The notes under the pieces: generated by a model | What the model was told of the DNA's origin: nothing | The model's database searches: none | Seen by the model: the letters and a program-made list of their open reading frames with translations, nothing else | Part shown: positions 51,792 to 64,000 of the stretch, piece by piece | How positions within the stretch are numbered: the stretch's first letter is position 1 | How the letters are laid out: each line of letters begins with the position of its first letter | Position numbers and translations under genes: made by a program | Source: Sminthopsis crassicaudata | Lineage: Eukaryota | Direction: 5' to 3' | NCBI RefSeq assembly: GCF_048593235.1 | Contig: NC_133617.1 | Span: 71,570,937-71,634,936 of the forward strand | Length of the DNA: 64,000 bases

Positions 51792-52869
51792 AAAGGGTTT
51801 CTCACAACTGCCTGTGGTTTGACTAAGATTAGAATTAGGGAAGACAATTGTATATACAACATCCCCTCCCTCACAGCAGAACAGCATCTTCTCATTATCT
51901 AATCTGGGTCACTTGTCCTGGTTGGGGTAGAATATGACCAAGCACTAGCCTAACAGAGAGATGGCTCCAGGCGATCTGGTCTTTTGATCATAAAATTTCA
52001 GAGCTTAAAGGGATCTTGAAAAAGAGAGGTACAGCTGGAAAGGACTTTAGAGGTCATGTAAGTCCAACCCCCCTCATTTTATACTTAAAGAAACTGAGGC
52101 ACAAAGATAGCTAAGTGATTTGTTTGAGGTCACACGTAGTAAATCTCAAAGGTAGAATTTGAACCCAGGACTTCTGATTCCAGAGCCAAGATTCTTTCCA
52201 CTATATCAAATCCGATTCATCCTTCAAATTCAATTCCTATTCTTCTGAAGCCTCCACGTATAAGGATACACATTTAATCCAAATGCATTCATTTAATAGC
52301 TAGACAGACTTGAGGCCTACTTCTATTCAACTAGTATTTATTAAGTGCCTACTCTGTGCTGAGCACTAAAGCACTGCCTGAGACTATGAAAAAATTACCT
52401 GCCCTCAATTCCTTGAGGAGTGGTACAGCCACTACTTGTACACAGATTAATAAATAGAAAAGAGATATTATTTTAATTTTGGAAAATATGGTGAAGCTCT
52501 AACTGGGTGAGTTAAAAAAAAAAAGTCCTCATGTAGGATTTTGCACAAATTGAGCTCTGAAGGGAACTTGGGATTCCTAGAGGAGGTGGTGAAGAAGAGA
52601 ATTGAAGGTGGAAAATCAAAAGGTCATGCATGGTTTAGAACTGGGAGGGAGCCCCTCTCTCTCAAAGAAACTATTGAGTTTCTCTCTTCCAATTTTAGAT
52701 TAGGAAACTGAAGCTGGGAAAGGCGGTGACTCACTCAAAGTTTCACAGCTACAAGTGACAGAAGCAGTATTTGAATCCAGGTCAACAAGAATTTTTTAAA
52801 CCCCTATTTTGTGCCAAGCACCTTCTCCTCAAGAGAAAATGGGGAATACAAGGGGAAAAAAGCACATGG

Positions 52870-53970
52870 AACTTAGATTCTAAGGAGGAAACTGTGTATA
52901 CAAAACATAAGAGATGAAGTGGGAGTGGGACATGAGGCACTAGCAGCTGGAGAACAGTAGTTCTGAAGGAAGCCAAGGACTCCAAGAGTTAGAGAAGCAT
53001 TTATTTCAGACATGGAAAAATGGGAAGATGGATAGTGATTAGAGGTGAAGTATATGCTCAGCAAAGACAATCTGACCAAAGAGTTTGTGCAAGGAACACA
53101 GCATGAGTGTGGAAAGGTAAGGGGTCTAGCTTGTTTCCAGCTATACAAGAAAGAATGAGCTAGTGAAGTCTGCTGAGTAGGGGAATAGGGATAGAGCCAG
53201 ATCTGCAAGCTATCCAAAGGATGGGGTTCAGTAGGGGTAGACAAAGCAGAGAGATGGATTGTTGTAGGAGTCCAGATGAGGGTGGTGGAGATATGAGCTG
53301 AGAGAAGGGAGGATATTCAAGAGATGTGGCTGTAGAAACAGGATTTGGCAACTGACTGGATATGTTGGGTGAGATGTTCCTCCCTACAGAAATAGGGAAG
53401 TTTGGGGAAGGGAGACAGGGAAGATAACAATGAGATCCATTTTTGATTTGAGATGCCAAGAGGGTAGTCCAATTGGAAGTGTCCAGTAGACTGCTGATGA
53501 TGACCAAAGCTCAGGAAAGCAAAAGGATACATAAAGCACATATTGAGGATCCACTAATTGTGTGCTAAGTACTGAGAATACAATCACAAGCAAGACAGTT
53601 TCTTTTCTCAAGAAACTTAACATTCTAATATTAGACAAAACAAATGATATTGGAAAGGGAGAAGAGGGCAATGAAGAGCATGGCAGCTTCAGGAGAAGAT
53701 GGTTGGAAGGTGACTTGGAGGCCTGGTTCTGGGCAAGGTAAGGAAAAACCCCACTTATTGGGTCTGGATTCCCAGGGTTAGAGCCTAACAGTCTAATGAG
53801 GGAAGATAAAAGTGGGAACAGGGATGTAGACAAGATGGCCCAAGAGATCTTTGACTCATCGGCACAGAGAAGATAAAGGCTGTAAGGACCACCAAGTGGG
53901 AGAGTGTAGAGAGAAGATAAGAGGTTGGAGAATGGGGCCTGGGGACACACCCCAATGACATGGACGAAGG
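52870..53970 (-). mobile_element. L2 LINE remnant
   Basis: VCPQAPFSNLLSSLYTLPLG...YLLCADESKI resembles L2 RT GVPQGSVLGPLLFSLYT...YADDSQI. Confidence 0.65.
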
Positions 53971-54281
53971 TCTGGCTGAGGAACCTTACAAGTGGCCAGA
54001 AGGGACAGACCTGAGTATCGGGGCAGAGAAGGGGACCAAGGCCAAGGATAGTAGGCAGATTTGGTTGGGGCAAAGTGGGATGGGATGCGCAGGGATGAAA
54101 ACTACTTCCCAGGTTCAGGGTAAGGGAGACGGAACAAATTAAGGCTGAAGTCCATAAATGAAATTGGGCCGTGTGATGTAAAAGGCGCCGGCTTTTCAGA
54201 AGGCCCGAGTTCTCGTTCTGGTTTCGGACTGTGCCTTTAGCCAAGTCACAGCTCTCCAGATCTCAATTCGCTTACTTGTTT

Positions 54282-54284
<3 letters not shown>

Positions 54285-54358
<74 letters not shown>
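54285..54358. repeat. (AC)37 microsatellite
   Basis: Direct read. Confidence 0.97.
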
Positions 54359-54359
<1 letters not shown>

Positions 54360-54449
54360 ACACATAGTAATAATACTTGTCTTCCCCAGGTCTTAGTTGT
54401 TCTGAACACAATTTCTTGGAAATCTCATAGCGCTTTAGAGCTGAGCTAA

Positions 54450-55050
54450 TTATAGTCGATATAAATTGATTGGGCCGAGAGCCAGGGGAGGCAGGCGCGT
54501 CACCCCGATCTTGGGGGACCTTTTTGCTTGGCCACCAGGGGGCCTGTCCGGGAGGGCCCTCCCCCGCTCCCCCGCCCCCGTCCTCCCCGCCACCTCTTTC
54601 CCGTTTGGGTTGGGTCGGGGCTGGGTGGGGCGGGGCCGGGCTGGGAGTACAGCCGGGATCCGGGAGCAGGCGGCGGCTGCGGAGCTTGGGCTGGCTTGAT
54701 CGTGCTCCGAGTAGGCGGAGGGTGCGCTCGGCGTGTCCGCGGCGCCCCTAGCCCCGACCCGAACCCCGACCGGCCCCCAGAGAGGTGAGGACCCCGCACC
54801 TCCCTGCCCCTGCGGTGCCGAGAAACTTTCCGGACTAGACTGGAAGGCCGGTGGAGGCTGGGACCATCCCAGACAGCCAGACTGGTTCTGCTGCTAGAAC
54901 TTGAGGGCAGAGGGCGGGGGAAAGAGGGCAGTTAGACCCTGTATGAGGTGACTGGGGCAGGGTCTTCCTCCGCTTGCAGCCGCGCAAAGGTCCGCAAACT
55001 GAAACCGTCCGAGGGAGAGCAGGCGCGGGGCTCCTCTTTGGGAAGGGGCT
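54450..55050 (+). promoter_or_regulatory. RAB3D CpG island, non-coding exon 1
   Basis: Dense CpG, several GGGCGG boxes, and the donor GAG|GTGAGG at 54784/54785. Confidence 0.7.
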
Positions 55051-56678
55051 CTGGACCGAGGATCCCCCTTTTCCAGCCCCGTTTGCGTGGGGGTACCACA
55101 CAGGGATGGTGAGTGGGGGAAACCGGGAGACGTCTCCTCTCCCAGACTCCAGACTTCTGCTAGGGAGACCTCCCCAGGAGCGCAGTACAGACAGGTGGAG
55201 GTGGGGAGGAGGGCGACAAGGACAAAGTCTGGGGGGGACGCGCTTGTTTGGGGGTGTAACTGAGACTGTCATCCGGCGGGGGCAGGAAGGGTCTGCTCTG
55301 GGAGGGAGCGGGTGAAGGGCATGAGACGCACTGACTCCAGCCAGACTCTTAGAGGTTTCCTTCTTCCTTCCATCCCCTCCTTTCTCTCTACAAACTGGTT
55401 CTTCCAGATGAGAGCAGGTCCTGCCTGGCCCTGGGAGGGCTTGGGCCTTGAGTTTTAGCGGCTGGGCCGGTGAGTGGGATGAAGCGGTATAGATAGTCTC
55501 CACTGCCACGCGGGCTCCTGTGAGCGGCATAGTGTTCCCTGGGACAACCCCCCATCTCCGTCCGCAAACAACGAGCATCTACTGTATGTCAAAGCTTGGG
55601 CTACGTACTGGAGATGGAAAGAAAAAAATGAAACCAACCTTGTCTTCTAAGAGCTTACATTCAACCTGGGGCAGGGGGAATATATCCATAGCTACAATCG
55701 TAATAACTAGAAACTGTTCATCACATAGACCTCCTTTCATGGCTCAAGAAAAAATCACCATCCCTCTTTTAAGAACAAAATCATCAGGAGCCTCACCTAA
55801 CCTGGGGAGAAACGGAGTGAAACTTCTGGGAAACTCAAAAATCTTCTTGCCTCCTCCCCAATTCCCAGCCCCCAACCCAAGTCTAGTGCCTTGGGCAGAG
55901 GGGTGGGAGAAAGTTCTTAGTCTGGAGCACCCTGGCAATCTCCATAACTATGGACACCTGGAAGTGCAGTCTCATTTGAATGATTAGTAGTGGGCGGCCT
56001 TACCTAGCCTTGCCTCTGAGGAGAGAGCTTCTCTAGCTCTGAGAAATCTCTGAGGAAATGAGCGGGTTCTAAAGGAAGTCCTTGTATCTTCCAAGAAGTC
56101 AGAGATGAAAAGGAATGAGGAGCCAGTCTCTGACAAAACCAAGTTGGGGAGTTTGGAAACATGGCTGAGAATGATGCCAGCAAGGAAATAGAAAAGGGGG
56201 GTTTTCAGCAGGAAAAACTGAATTCCCTCAAGTAGGGCAAGATAGCAGGAGGATGGCTGGTGGTAGGGAAGGGTTAAAGTCCTGGAGAATTTTACCTGGC
56301 TGATGATGGAGAGGCCGGAAGGGCTGCCTAGATCATCGTGGCAGTAGGAGGTGCCAAAGTCAATACAAAGTCGGGCTGCTGACTGGGGGAGACTAGTTGG
56401 GGGGAGGGATGGTGAAAGCCAGGTGGCTGGTTCTCTTCCCTTTTCTATACCTTTCCAGGTAGCAACATCCGGGTATCTGGGGGCAAAGTCCACGCTGGTC
56501 ACACCCCCTTCAAGTCCTCTTGTCCCCTGACCCTCACTGTCCCGATGGGTCACACCAGAGGGTGTCTCCCCACTGACCACTGGGAAAAATCACTCCCTGT
56601 GAAAATTCTCCTAGGGGTTGGAATAGAAGTCTGTGCCAGGGGTCCCTCAGCTAAAAAGAAGCCTTCTCCTCTTCTCAG

Positions 56679-56981
56679 ATGGCCTCAGCTGGAGACCCCC
56701 ACATTGCCCAGAAAGATGCTGCTGACCAGAATTTCGACTACATGTTCAAGCTGCTTATCATTGGGAACAGCAGCGTGGGGAAGACCTCCTTCTTGTTCCG
56801 ATATGCTGATGATTCTTTCACCTCGGCTTTCGTCAGCACGGTGGGCATTGACTTCAAAGTTAAGACTGTCTACCGAAATGAAAAGCGGGTCAAGCTGCAG
56901 ATCTGGGTGAGTGCCAGCCTGGTGACTGGACTCTGTGGAAGCCACGATGGCAGGGAGATGGGACCTACCAATGGGTAGTAC

Positions 56982-57033
<52 letters not shown>

Positions 57034-58115
57034 GGGAAGGTGACTGACCTGTGTCCCCGAGGAGGAGAGAGAAGCAAAGATAGGGCCCGGGGCACTGAGC
57101 CTGGCCAGGTGACCACTAGGAGGGCATATCACCTCCTGCCACCACTCCACCCCATCACAGGAAGTTGCTATGGAAATGGAAGGCTGAAGTAGAATTAACC
57201 AGGTGACTGCTGAGTCAGAGTGTGCCTTTGGGGTGTGGTGGATGGGCCTTGTAGTCCCATAAGTAGGTCCTGTCCTCATGGAGCCCCTAATCTGAGTGGG
57301 GAGACCTGGGTCTTGCCCTCAGGGAGTTCCATGTCTGACAAAGGGACTTGGAGGCCCTATCTCTATACAGCTAATTTACTTTGCCAGCAATACCCAGAAG
57401 CAGAACTGAAACCTGGAATTAAGCCAATAAAAGGCAGTCAGTCCCATACCCTCACTGGCTCTCCTGTTTCCCTGGCAGGAGCTGGTGCAGCAGTCCTGGG
57501 CTCCCAGGTCTCTGTCACCCTGGCCTGGTTGCCATGGCAACAGCACCAGCAGTGCCAGATGGCTATTGTCAGAGATGTGTGTGTTCTAGGGCTGTGGGTG
57601 ATGTCCAGGTGACTCACAAATTAACAGAGCTTTGGGGACCACTGTGAGATGCCAGCAGCACGGCATAGATTAGTGTTCTCTCTGTTTGGAACGAGACCCC
57701 CTGCCCCTCCTGGAGGGCCTTTCCCTCCTCCACCTCCTTTTGTTTGATGTGAGACCTCTGCCCAGGCTACCCATTTTTCCTCAGCAGCCATGGCCTGAAA
57801 AGGCAGAAAGGACTCTGGACCACAGTCATAAGTGGGGGCTGAAAAGGGGCATGGGGAATTCCTTTTTCTCATCCCCGGCTCAGACAGGGACTGTAAAATT
57901 AGGCTCATGCCCTGCACGGTCTTTCCTTCCTCTTCCTCCAGAAAGGACCTGAGGAGCCATCAGTCCATCCTCTAGTTTCCGCATCCTCCTCTCCCATCTG
58001 TGGGGTACCTTGGAGCCTCTCTCTGGGGCTGGCAGGGGTTGCCACAGTAACCCAGAGCTTCCTGCTCAAATAGCAGGGCTGTGGGTGTGTGGTAGGTGCT
58101 GGGAGGAGGCCTGGC

Positions 58116-58175
<60 letters not shown>

Positions 58176-61100
58176 CGTGCATGGGGGTGGGGGGAGGCTA
58201 AGTACCCAGGAATCATTGCTTCCTGGAATAAACATAAGCTGAAGTCGGAAACATTCACCCCTCCTACCCAGTTCTCAGAGTATCTCTGGGCATCCTTTAC
58301 ATTTGGGCTTGTTGATGTTGTGAAAGGCTTTTAAGGTTTGTATGTCTTGAGTTTCCCTGGATCTAAGGGGACGTGACTTTGCCGTCAGGTTAGGAGCAAT
58401 CTGATGCTTGAAGCTGTCTCTACTCTCAGACAGGGAGTTTAGGGAAGCTTTCTCTCCTCGAAGTTCAGGGAGCTAGAAAAGAGAAGGGCAGGAGGCAGCA
58501 AGATAGCTGTTTTCAGGTCCTGAAAGGGCTGTCATGTGTTTGATCCCAAGGGCCAGTTGAATTAGGGGTAAGAAGTGAAGGCTGCAAAGAGACAATTTTA
58601 AGTTCCATTCCAGGAAAAGATTCCTAACAATTACAGCTGAACATATTTAACCTATATCAGATTATTTGCCGTCTTGGGTAGGGGAGAGGTAAGGGAGAGG
58701 AGAAAAATTTTGAATACAAAGTCTTACAAAAATAAATGCTAAAAATCATTTTTACATGTACTTGGGAAAATAGAATATTGTTGAGAAAAAAAAAACAAAC
58801 AAAAACAATTAGAGATGAGGCACAGGGGAGTGGGCTGCCTCAGGAGTTTCACAGGATTGTAGAGCTTTAGCTGGGAGGGGATGAAATTCATGGAGATTCC
58901 TTTCCACCTGATGGTTGGGCGAGAAATCCCCTAGTTCTGTGATTCCTTGGGATTGCTGAGGGGTATAGAAGACCATGTTTACCCTTCCCACAACAGGAGA
59001 TTTCCCAGAACTTTGGCCACTCCCTTTACTGGGCATTCCCCTGGGAACATGGACTTTGTCAGCCCCCAAACTGGGGGCTCCAGTATTTAGATCACATCTC
59101 CCCAAGATCAGGGCTCTCTAAGCTCAAAGTTCTATCACAGAACTCAAGATTTTGAAGGGACCTCAGCAGCCATCGTGTATCCAAAAATGAAGTAGTCCAT
59201 TCAGGCTCTCCTCAGAGATCTCAAAGGACAGGACCCACCACTTCTTGGGGCTGGTCATTCCATTCTGAACAACTGTAATCGTTAGTTCTGGGGCAGCTAG
59301 GTGGTGCAGTGGATAGACCACCAGCCTTGAATTCAGGAGGACCCGAGTTCAAATCTGGTCTTAGACACTTCCTAGCTGTATGACCCTGAGCAAGTCACTT
59401 AATCCCAGCCTCAGAAAAAGAAAAAAAAAGTTCGTTAGTTCTTTCCGATATCAAGCCTGCATTTGCCTTAATTTTTGCCAGTTCACCTGTTTTTCCTGAT
59501 TCGGCTGTTCTCTAAAGCCAAACAGAACAAGAATTCCTCTTACATGTGACAGTCCTTTAATTACTTGAAAATAGCCATCAACAATGAGAGGATCCAAATC
59601 AGTTCCAATTGATCAGTAATGAACAGAACTAGCTACAACTAGTGAAAGAACACTGGGAAATGAGTATGGACCACCACATAGCATTCTCACTCTTTCTGTT
59701 ATTGTTTGCTTGCATTTTTGTTTTCTTTCTCAGGTTATTTTTACCTTCTTTCTAAATCTGATCTTTCTTGTGCAACAAGACAACTGTATAAATATGTGTA
59801 TGTATATATATAGTATTTATCATATACTTACTTTATAACATATTTAATATGTGTGGGACTTCCTGCCATCTGGGGGAGAGGGTGAAGGGAAGGAGGGGAA
59901 AAGTTGGAACAGAAGTTTTTGCAAGGGTCAATGCTGAAAAATTACCCATGCATATGTTTTATATATAAAAAACTATAATTAAAAAAAAAAGAAAAAAATA
60001 GTCATCAAGATCCCTCTAAGGCTGCTCTATAGGCTGTCCTCACCTGGCTTGAGGATAGGTACAAGGAGGCTCTTACATTAGACGAGGCTCTTATTTGCAG
60101 AGGATTTGTCTGCTGTGAGGCCATCTCTGGAACCTTGATATGAGGGAACCTTGGGATTCTGGTAGCACTGGAGCTAGATGTGTTAGGCTTGGGAATTTTA
60201 GCAGGGGTGAGGATGAGGAGTTACCTCATTTCTGTGTTTTGCAGGACACTGCGGGGCAGGAACGCTATCGGACTATCACCACTGCCTATTACCGGGGTGC
60301 CATGGGCTTCCTGCTAATGTATGATGTCTCAAACCAGGAATCCTTCAATGCTGTCCAGGACTGGTAAGTCACTCTGCCCTTCTCTCCCTTTCTTCAATGC
60401 CAGATGCCAGGCCCTAGACTCACATGTCCTATTCCTTGCTGGGGTGTCTGTTAGTTGATGGGAATGTCTGCCTACAAGGGGGACTCAATCCAGCCTCACA
60501 GAGAATGGTGCTTAATTTTAGGTGCTGCTTCTTAAGTCATGTAGACCACCAGACTTTTCCTCATTTTTTTTTCGAACCTCTACAATATAATTTGTGAATG
60601 ATATTGAAATGTTTGTTTTATTCTTTAGGATGCTTTATTAATATTACTTTAACGTTTTTGATTTTTCATTTTCAAATGCTGATTAAAGATATTAAGATTT
60701 TTTCAATTTCCATTTAAAAAGTTTTAGTGCTTTTTTCCTTTTTGAAGTATTTTATTGATATTCTTTTTTAATAACAGCTTTTTATTTTCAAAATACATGC
60801 AAAGATAGTTTTCAACATTCACCCTTGTGAAACCTTGTGTTCCAATCACAGCCTCAGAATCAAACTCTGATCAAAGTTCTTAAGTCTTTCAGAGTTGTTT
60901 GCTTAACACTAGTGCTATTGTTTTAGCTTTTACAAAGGAATATTTACTTTAAGGTACAACAAGAATATATTTTATTTTTTCCTGACACATAGGAGGCTTA
61001 ATGCCTCATACCCCAAGTCTGGGGAGGAGAGAAGGATTAAACTCACAATTTTAGGTCAAATCCTACACAGCTGTTGGTTTCACCAGGTTCCACGTCCAAA

Positions 61101-62438
61101 GCCCTGCCTGCTTGCCTCCTCTGATCCTGTCTCCTTCTCTGTGGGACAGGTAGCAACATCTGCCTCAGAATCTAGAACTCTAAGGTCCTCATTGCTCAAG
61201 CTTTCAGTCTGAGACTCTTTTCCTTGCACTGAAAAGGACAAATGAAGCAGGCCCAAAGCCCCCAGAGCCCTTGGGAAGAGGAAGATGGTCCTTTCCCACC
61301 CAGCTTAAGGCATGAGCCACGGCCGTGAATGAATGCTGCAAAAAGTGAACTCTGCTGTTAAACTTTGTCAGTCCTTTCTTCAGTCCACTCATGAGTATCT
61401 CCCTAACCCACTTTTGACTAGACTGAGCGGGTGACCAGGGATAGACATTCAGAGCCCTGGCCAGGCTGGCTTGTCCTGGGGGCAGACACGGTCATTGAGA
61501 AGAAATATTTTTTGCTTTCCTCTCCTCTCCAGGGCCACACAGATTAAGACATACTCCTGGGATAATGCCCAGGTCATCCTCGTTGGGAACAAGTGTGATT
61601 TGGAAGATGAGCGGGTCGTGTCCACAGAAGATGGCAAGCACCTCGCTGATGACCTAGGTTAGTGATGGTTGGAGGGACAGATGACCCACCCCTGCACCCC
61701 AAAACTGACTTCCCACTGCACTAATCTCTGGGCCAAGCCTGACTAGAGAAACAGCCTGTACAACTATTTCTACTCTTGATTTTTCCTTCAATACAAATCT
61801 GTAGTAATTTCTCTGGGATAAGAATTATATCTGCCCCCTAAAACTCTGGGAATTTCTGGAAATTGAGAATAATACAGAGGAAGATAATATCTTTCATGTT
61901 CTCTGTGTTCTAATCTAATTCTATGAACTTTTTTTTTTCTTTTAACTAGCATTCTTTTTTTTTTCACTCTCTCTCTCTCTTTTTAATTAAGGCTTTTTAT
62001 TTACAAAACATATGCATAAGCCATTTTTCAACATTGACCCTTTTAAAACTTTCTATTCCAAATTTTCCCCTCCTTCCCCCCACTCCCTTCCCCTAGATGG
62101 CAGGTAGTCTAATACATGTTAAACATTTGAAATATATTTAACTAGCATTCTTAGTTTCATTCTACTCAGGTAAATATTACCATTGAGTTTAAGACTGACA
62201 TAATAGGTAGAGGGCTTGCCCTGGCTTCCTGCCTCTGACACATATATGGGCGAGTCCCTTCACTCATATGCCTTGGGCAACTCCCTGACTATAAGGTTTG
62301 ATTCAATCCTATTTTTGTCACTTTCTTTTGTCTTTACATCCCTTTCGCTTCTGAATCTCTTTCTCCCTCCTCTCCTCCCTTAGCCAATGAGTCATCCTTT
62401 TGTAACATGTTTTTTAAAAGATATGTCTGTATACATAC

Positions 62439-62477
<39 letters not shown>

Positions 62478-64000
62478 CATATATGGGGGGATGGAAGATG
62501 GAGGGAATTCTCAACCCTGATCAAGTGATAGAACTGGACAGTGTGTCCTTCCCCTTCCCTCCCATATTAACATTAACATTATTCAGCAATCTAGTGAATA
62601 ACGAATGAAATAAGCTCCAAGAATGGAGGTGGGGCAGGAGGAGCTAGCCAGTAGGTAATCAATATCTGGGTAAATAAATGTTGGAATATTGCCCATAATT
62701 CATACATTCATTCAGTTTCTGAATTGGAAGGGACCTCTAGTCACCTAGTCTGACCCACAACCAAGTGGTACCCTCTTCTACAATATCTCTGACAAGTCAT
62801 ATATGAAGCAGCAGTGGGTAGAATTCTGGGGTCAGGAAGATCTGAATTCGAATCCAACCTCAGACACTTATTAGCTCTGTGACCAAATCATCTGACGACT
62901 CTCTCCTCAGTTTCCTCATCTGTAAAATGAGGAGATGGCAAACCAGTATCTCTGCCAAGAAAAAGGCAAAAGCTCAGAAGAGCTGACCTGACTGAACAGT
63001 ACACGTAGAAGATTGGGGATACAAAGATAAAATAGGGAATATTCCTGGCCTTCCACAGCCCTCCTGTCTCCCCTTCCCTTATCTAGACCAAAGGGCTCTT
63101 TCTGCTAATCCCTGCCTGTGCTGGCTCTCCCTCTTGCCATTCAGGCCCCTCTCTCCTGGCCATGCTATTCTTCCTCAAACATGTTGGCCAGATGGGTGTG
63201 TGACCCCAGTGTGATCTGGCCAGGGCTCAGAGACTGTCACACCCTCCCCCAAGTGTTAGTCAGAACTAACCTTTATATAGTGCTTTCCACTGTCATTTCA
63301 TTTGGTTTTCATAACAACCCTGAGGGGCAAACGCTATTGCCATTTCACAGATGAGAAAACTGAGGCAAACAGAAATCAAATCACTAACACACAGATAGCA
63401 TGGGCCTGAGGTTTGATCCTGGTTTGGGGTCTTCCGGACTCCCCTGCAGAGCACCTCCCTACTGGCTAATGATTGACTGTCAGGGCCGTAACTAGGGTGG
63501 ACTAACTGGGGCTTTGTCTAGGGTGCCCCACATATAGAAGTTAGTGAAAATAATTGTCCTCCTGAAGTGTAGAAAGAGCAGAGTTTGGCCCCTGCTCAGT
63601 AAGAAGGGTTAGTTAAAAGAGGAAGTTGCCACATAATGGGCTTCTCCCCTTCCCCCTAGGGGGAGGCCATCTCTGGTCCAGTCTGCCCTGCCTCTGGAGG
63701 CTCAGAGGATGGCCTCCGGAGTCATAGCCGGGAAGTAGGGTGTCTGACTCCCCAGGAACAACATTCTGTTCCCTGTGGCTCCTTCTCTCTGTCCGGGAGT
63801 GCGCTTGTTGGGGCCGGGCAGCTCCCCCTCAGAGCTGCCTCGGGAGGGGCAGGGGGCTCCCTGCACCGGTGTCTCACCCCAGCCTTCTCTGGCTCGATGC
63901 AGGTTTTGAGTTCTTTGAAGCCAGTGCCAAGGACAACATCAACGTGAAGCAGGTATTTGAGCGCCTGGTGGACATCATCTGTGAGAAGATGAACGAGAGC
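56679..64000 (+). CDS. RAB3D: Ras-related protein Rab-3D (3' end beyond window)
   Basis: Exons 56679-56906, 60245-60363, 61533-61657, 63903 to >64000. Motifs [22 protein letters not shown] and EASAK are present. The N-terminus MASAGDP and synteny indicate RAB3D. The non-coding exon 1 donor is at 54784/54785. Confidence 0.95.
56986..57031. repeat. (GT)23 microsatellite
   Basis: Direct read. Further (TG)n tracts lie at 58120-58174 and about 62444-62473. Confidence 0.95.
59290..59431 (+). mobile_element. WSINE1-like SINE with TSD in a RAB3D intron
   Basis: Consensus body and A-tail, with TSD TCGTTAGTTCT at 59279-59289 and 59432-59442. Confidence 0.85.
59582..59994 (+). mobile_element. L1 3'-end insertion with TSD
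   Basis: L1 3' UTR and A-tail. 14-bp TSD with one mismatch: AAAATAGCCATCAA at 59568-59581 and AAAATAGTCATCAA at 59995-60008. Confidence 0.75.

Noticed and set aside
53384-54244. 286-aa minus-strand ORF as a novel membrane protein
   Set aside because: It has a non-ATG start and contains degenerate L2 reverse-transcriptase motifs. It is best explained as a LINE remnant.
55984-56580. 198-aa minus-strand ORF in RAB3D intron 1
   Set aside because: It has a non-ATG start, and the segment SHVSKLPNLVL...TSFRT loosely resembles the L2/CR1 RT N-terminal region. One ORF of this length is also within chance for 64 kb.

Overview
This is vertebrate genomic DNA from a marsupial, probably a dasyurid, judged from young WSINE1-like SINEs, BovB-type RTE LINEs, HAL1 and an OC1-like hAT end. 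It holds the block syntenic with human 19p13.2: EPOR (+, 8 coding exons, 519 aa), SWSAP1 (-, 2 exons, 255 aa), PLPPR2 (-, 8 coding exons, 450 aa), CCDC159 (-), TMEM205 (+, 193 aa, head-to-head with CCDC159) and RAB3D (+, last exon cut by the window end). I built all exon models by hand from GT-AG signals and phase consistency. Comparisons with human proteins are from memory, not database searches. About 15.5-33.7 kb is a nested transposon field, and there are two assembly gaps. No prokaryotic or CRISPR system is present. The best leads are: a four-exon in-frame 158-aa insert in CCDC159; a palindromic back-to-back poly(A) signal between convergent EPOR and SWSAP1; a conserved dual-frame exon pair in PLPPR2; an in-frame 99-nt EPOR intron; a candidate antisense terminal exon in EPOR intron 1; a 45-nt SWSAP1 cassette exon whose donor overlaps a CRE; and an orphan CpG-rich promoter-like region at 34-36.5 kb.
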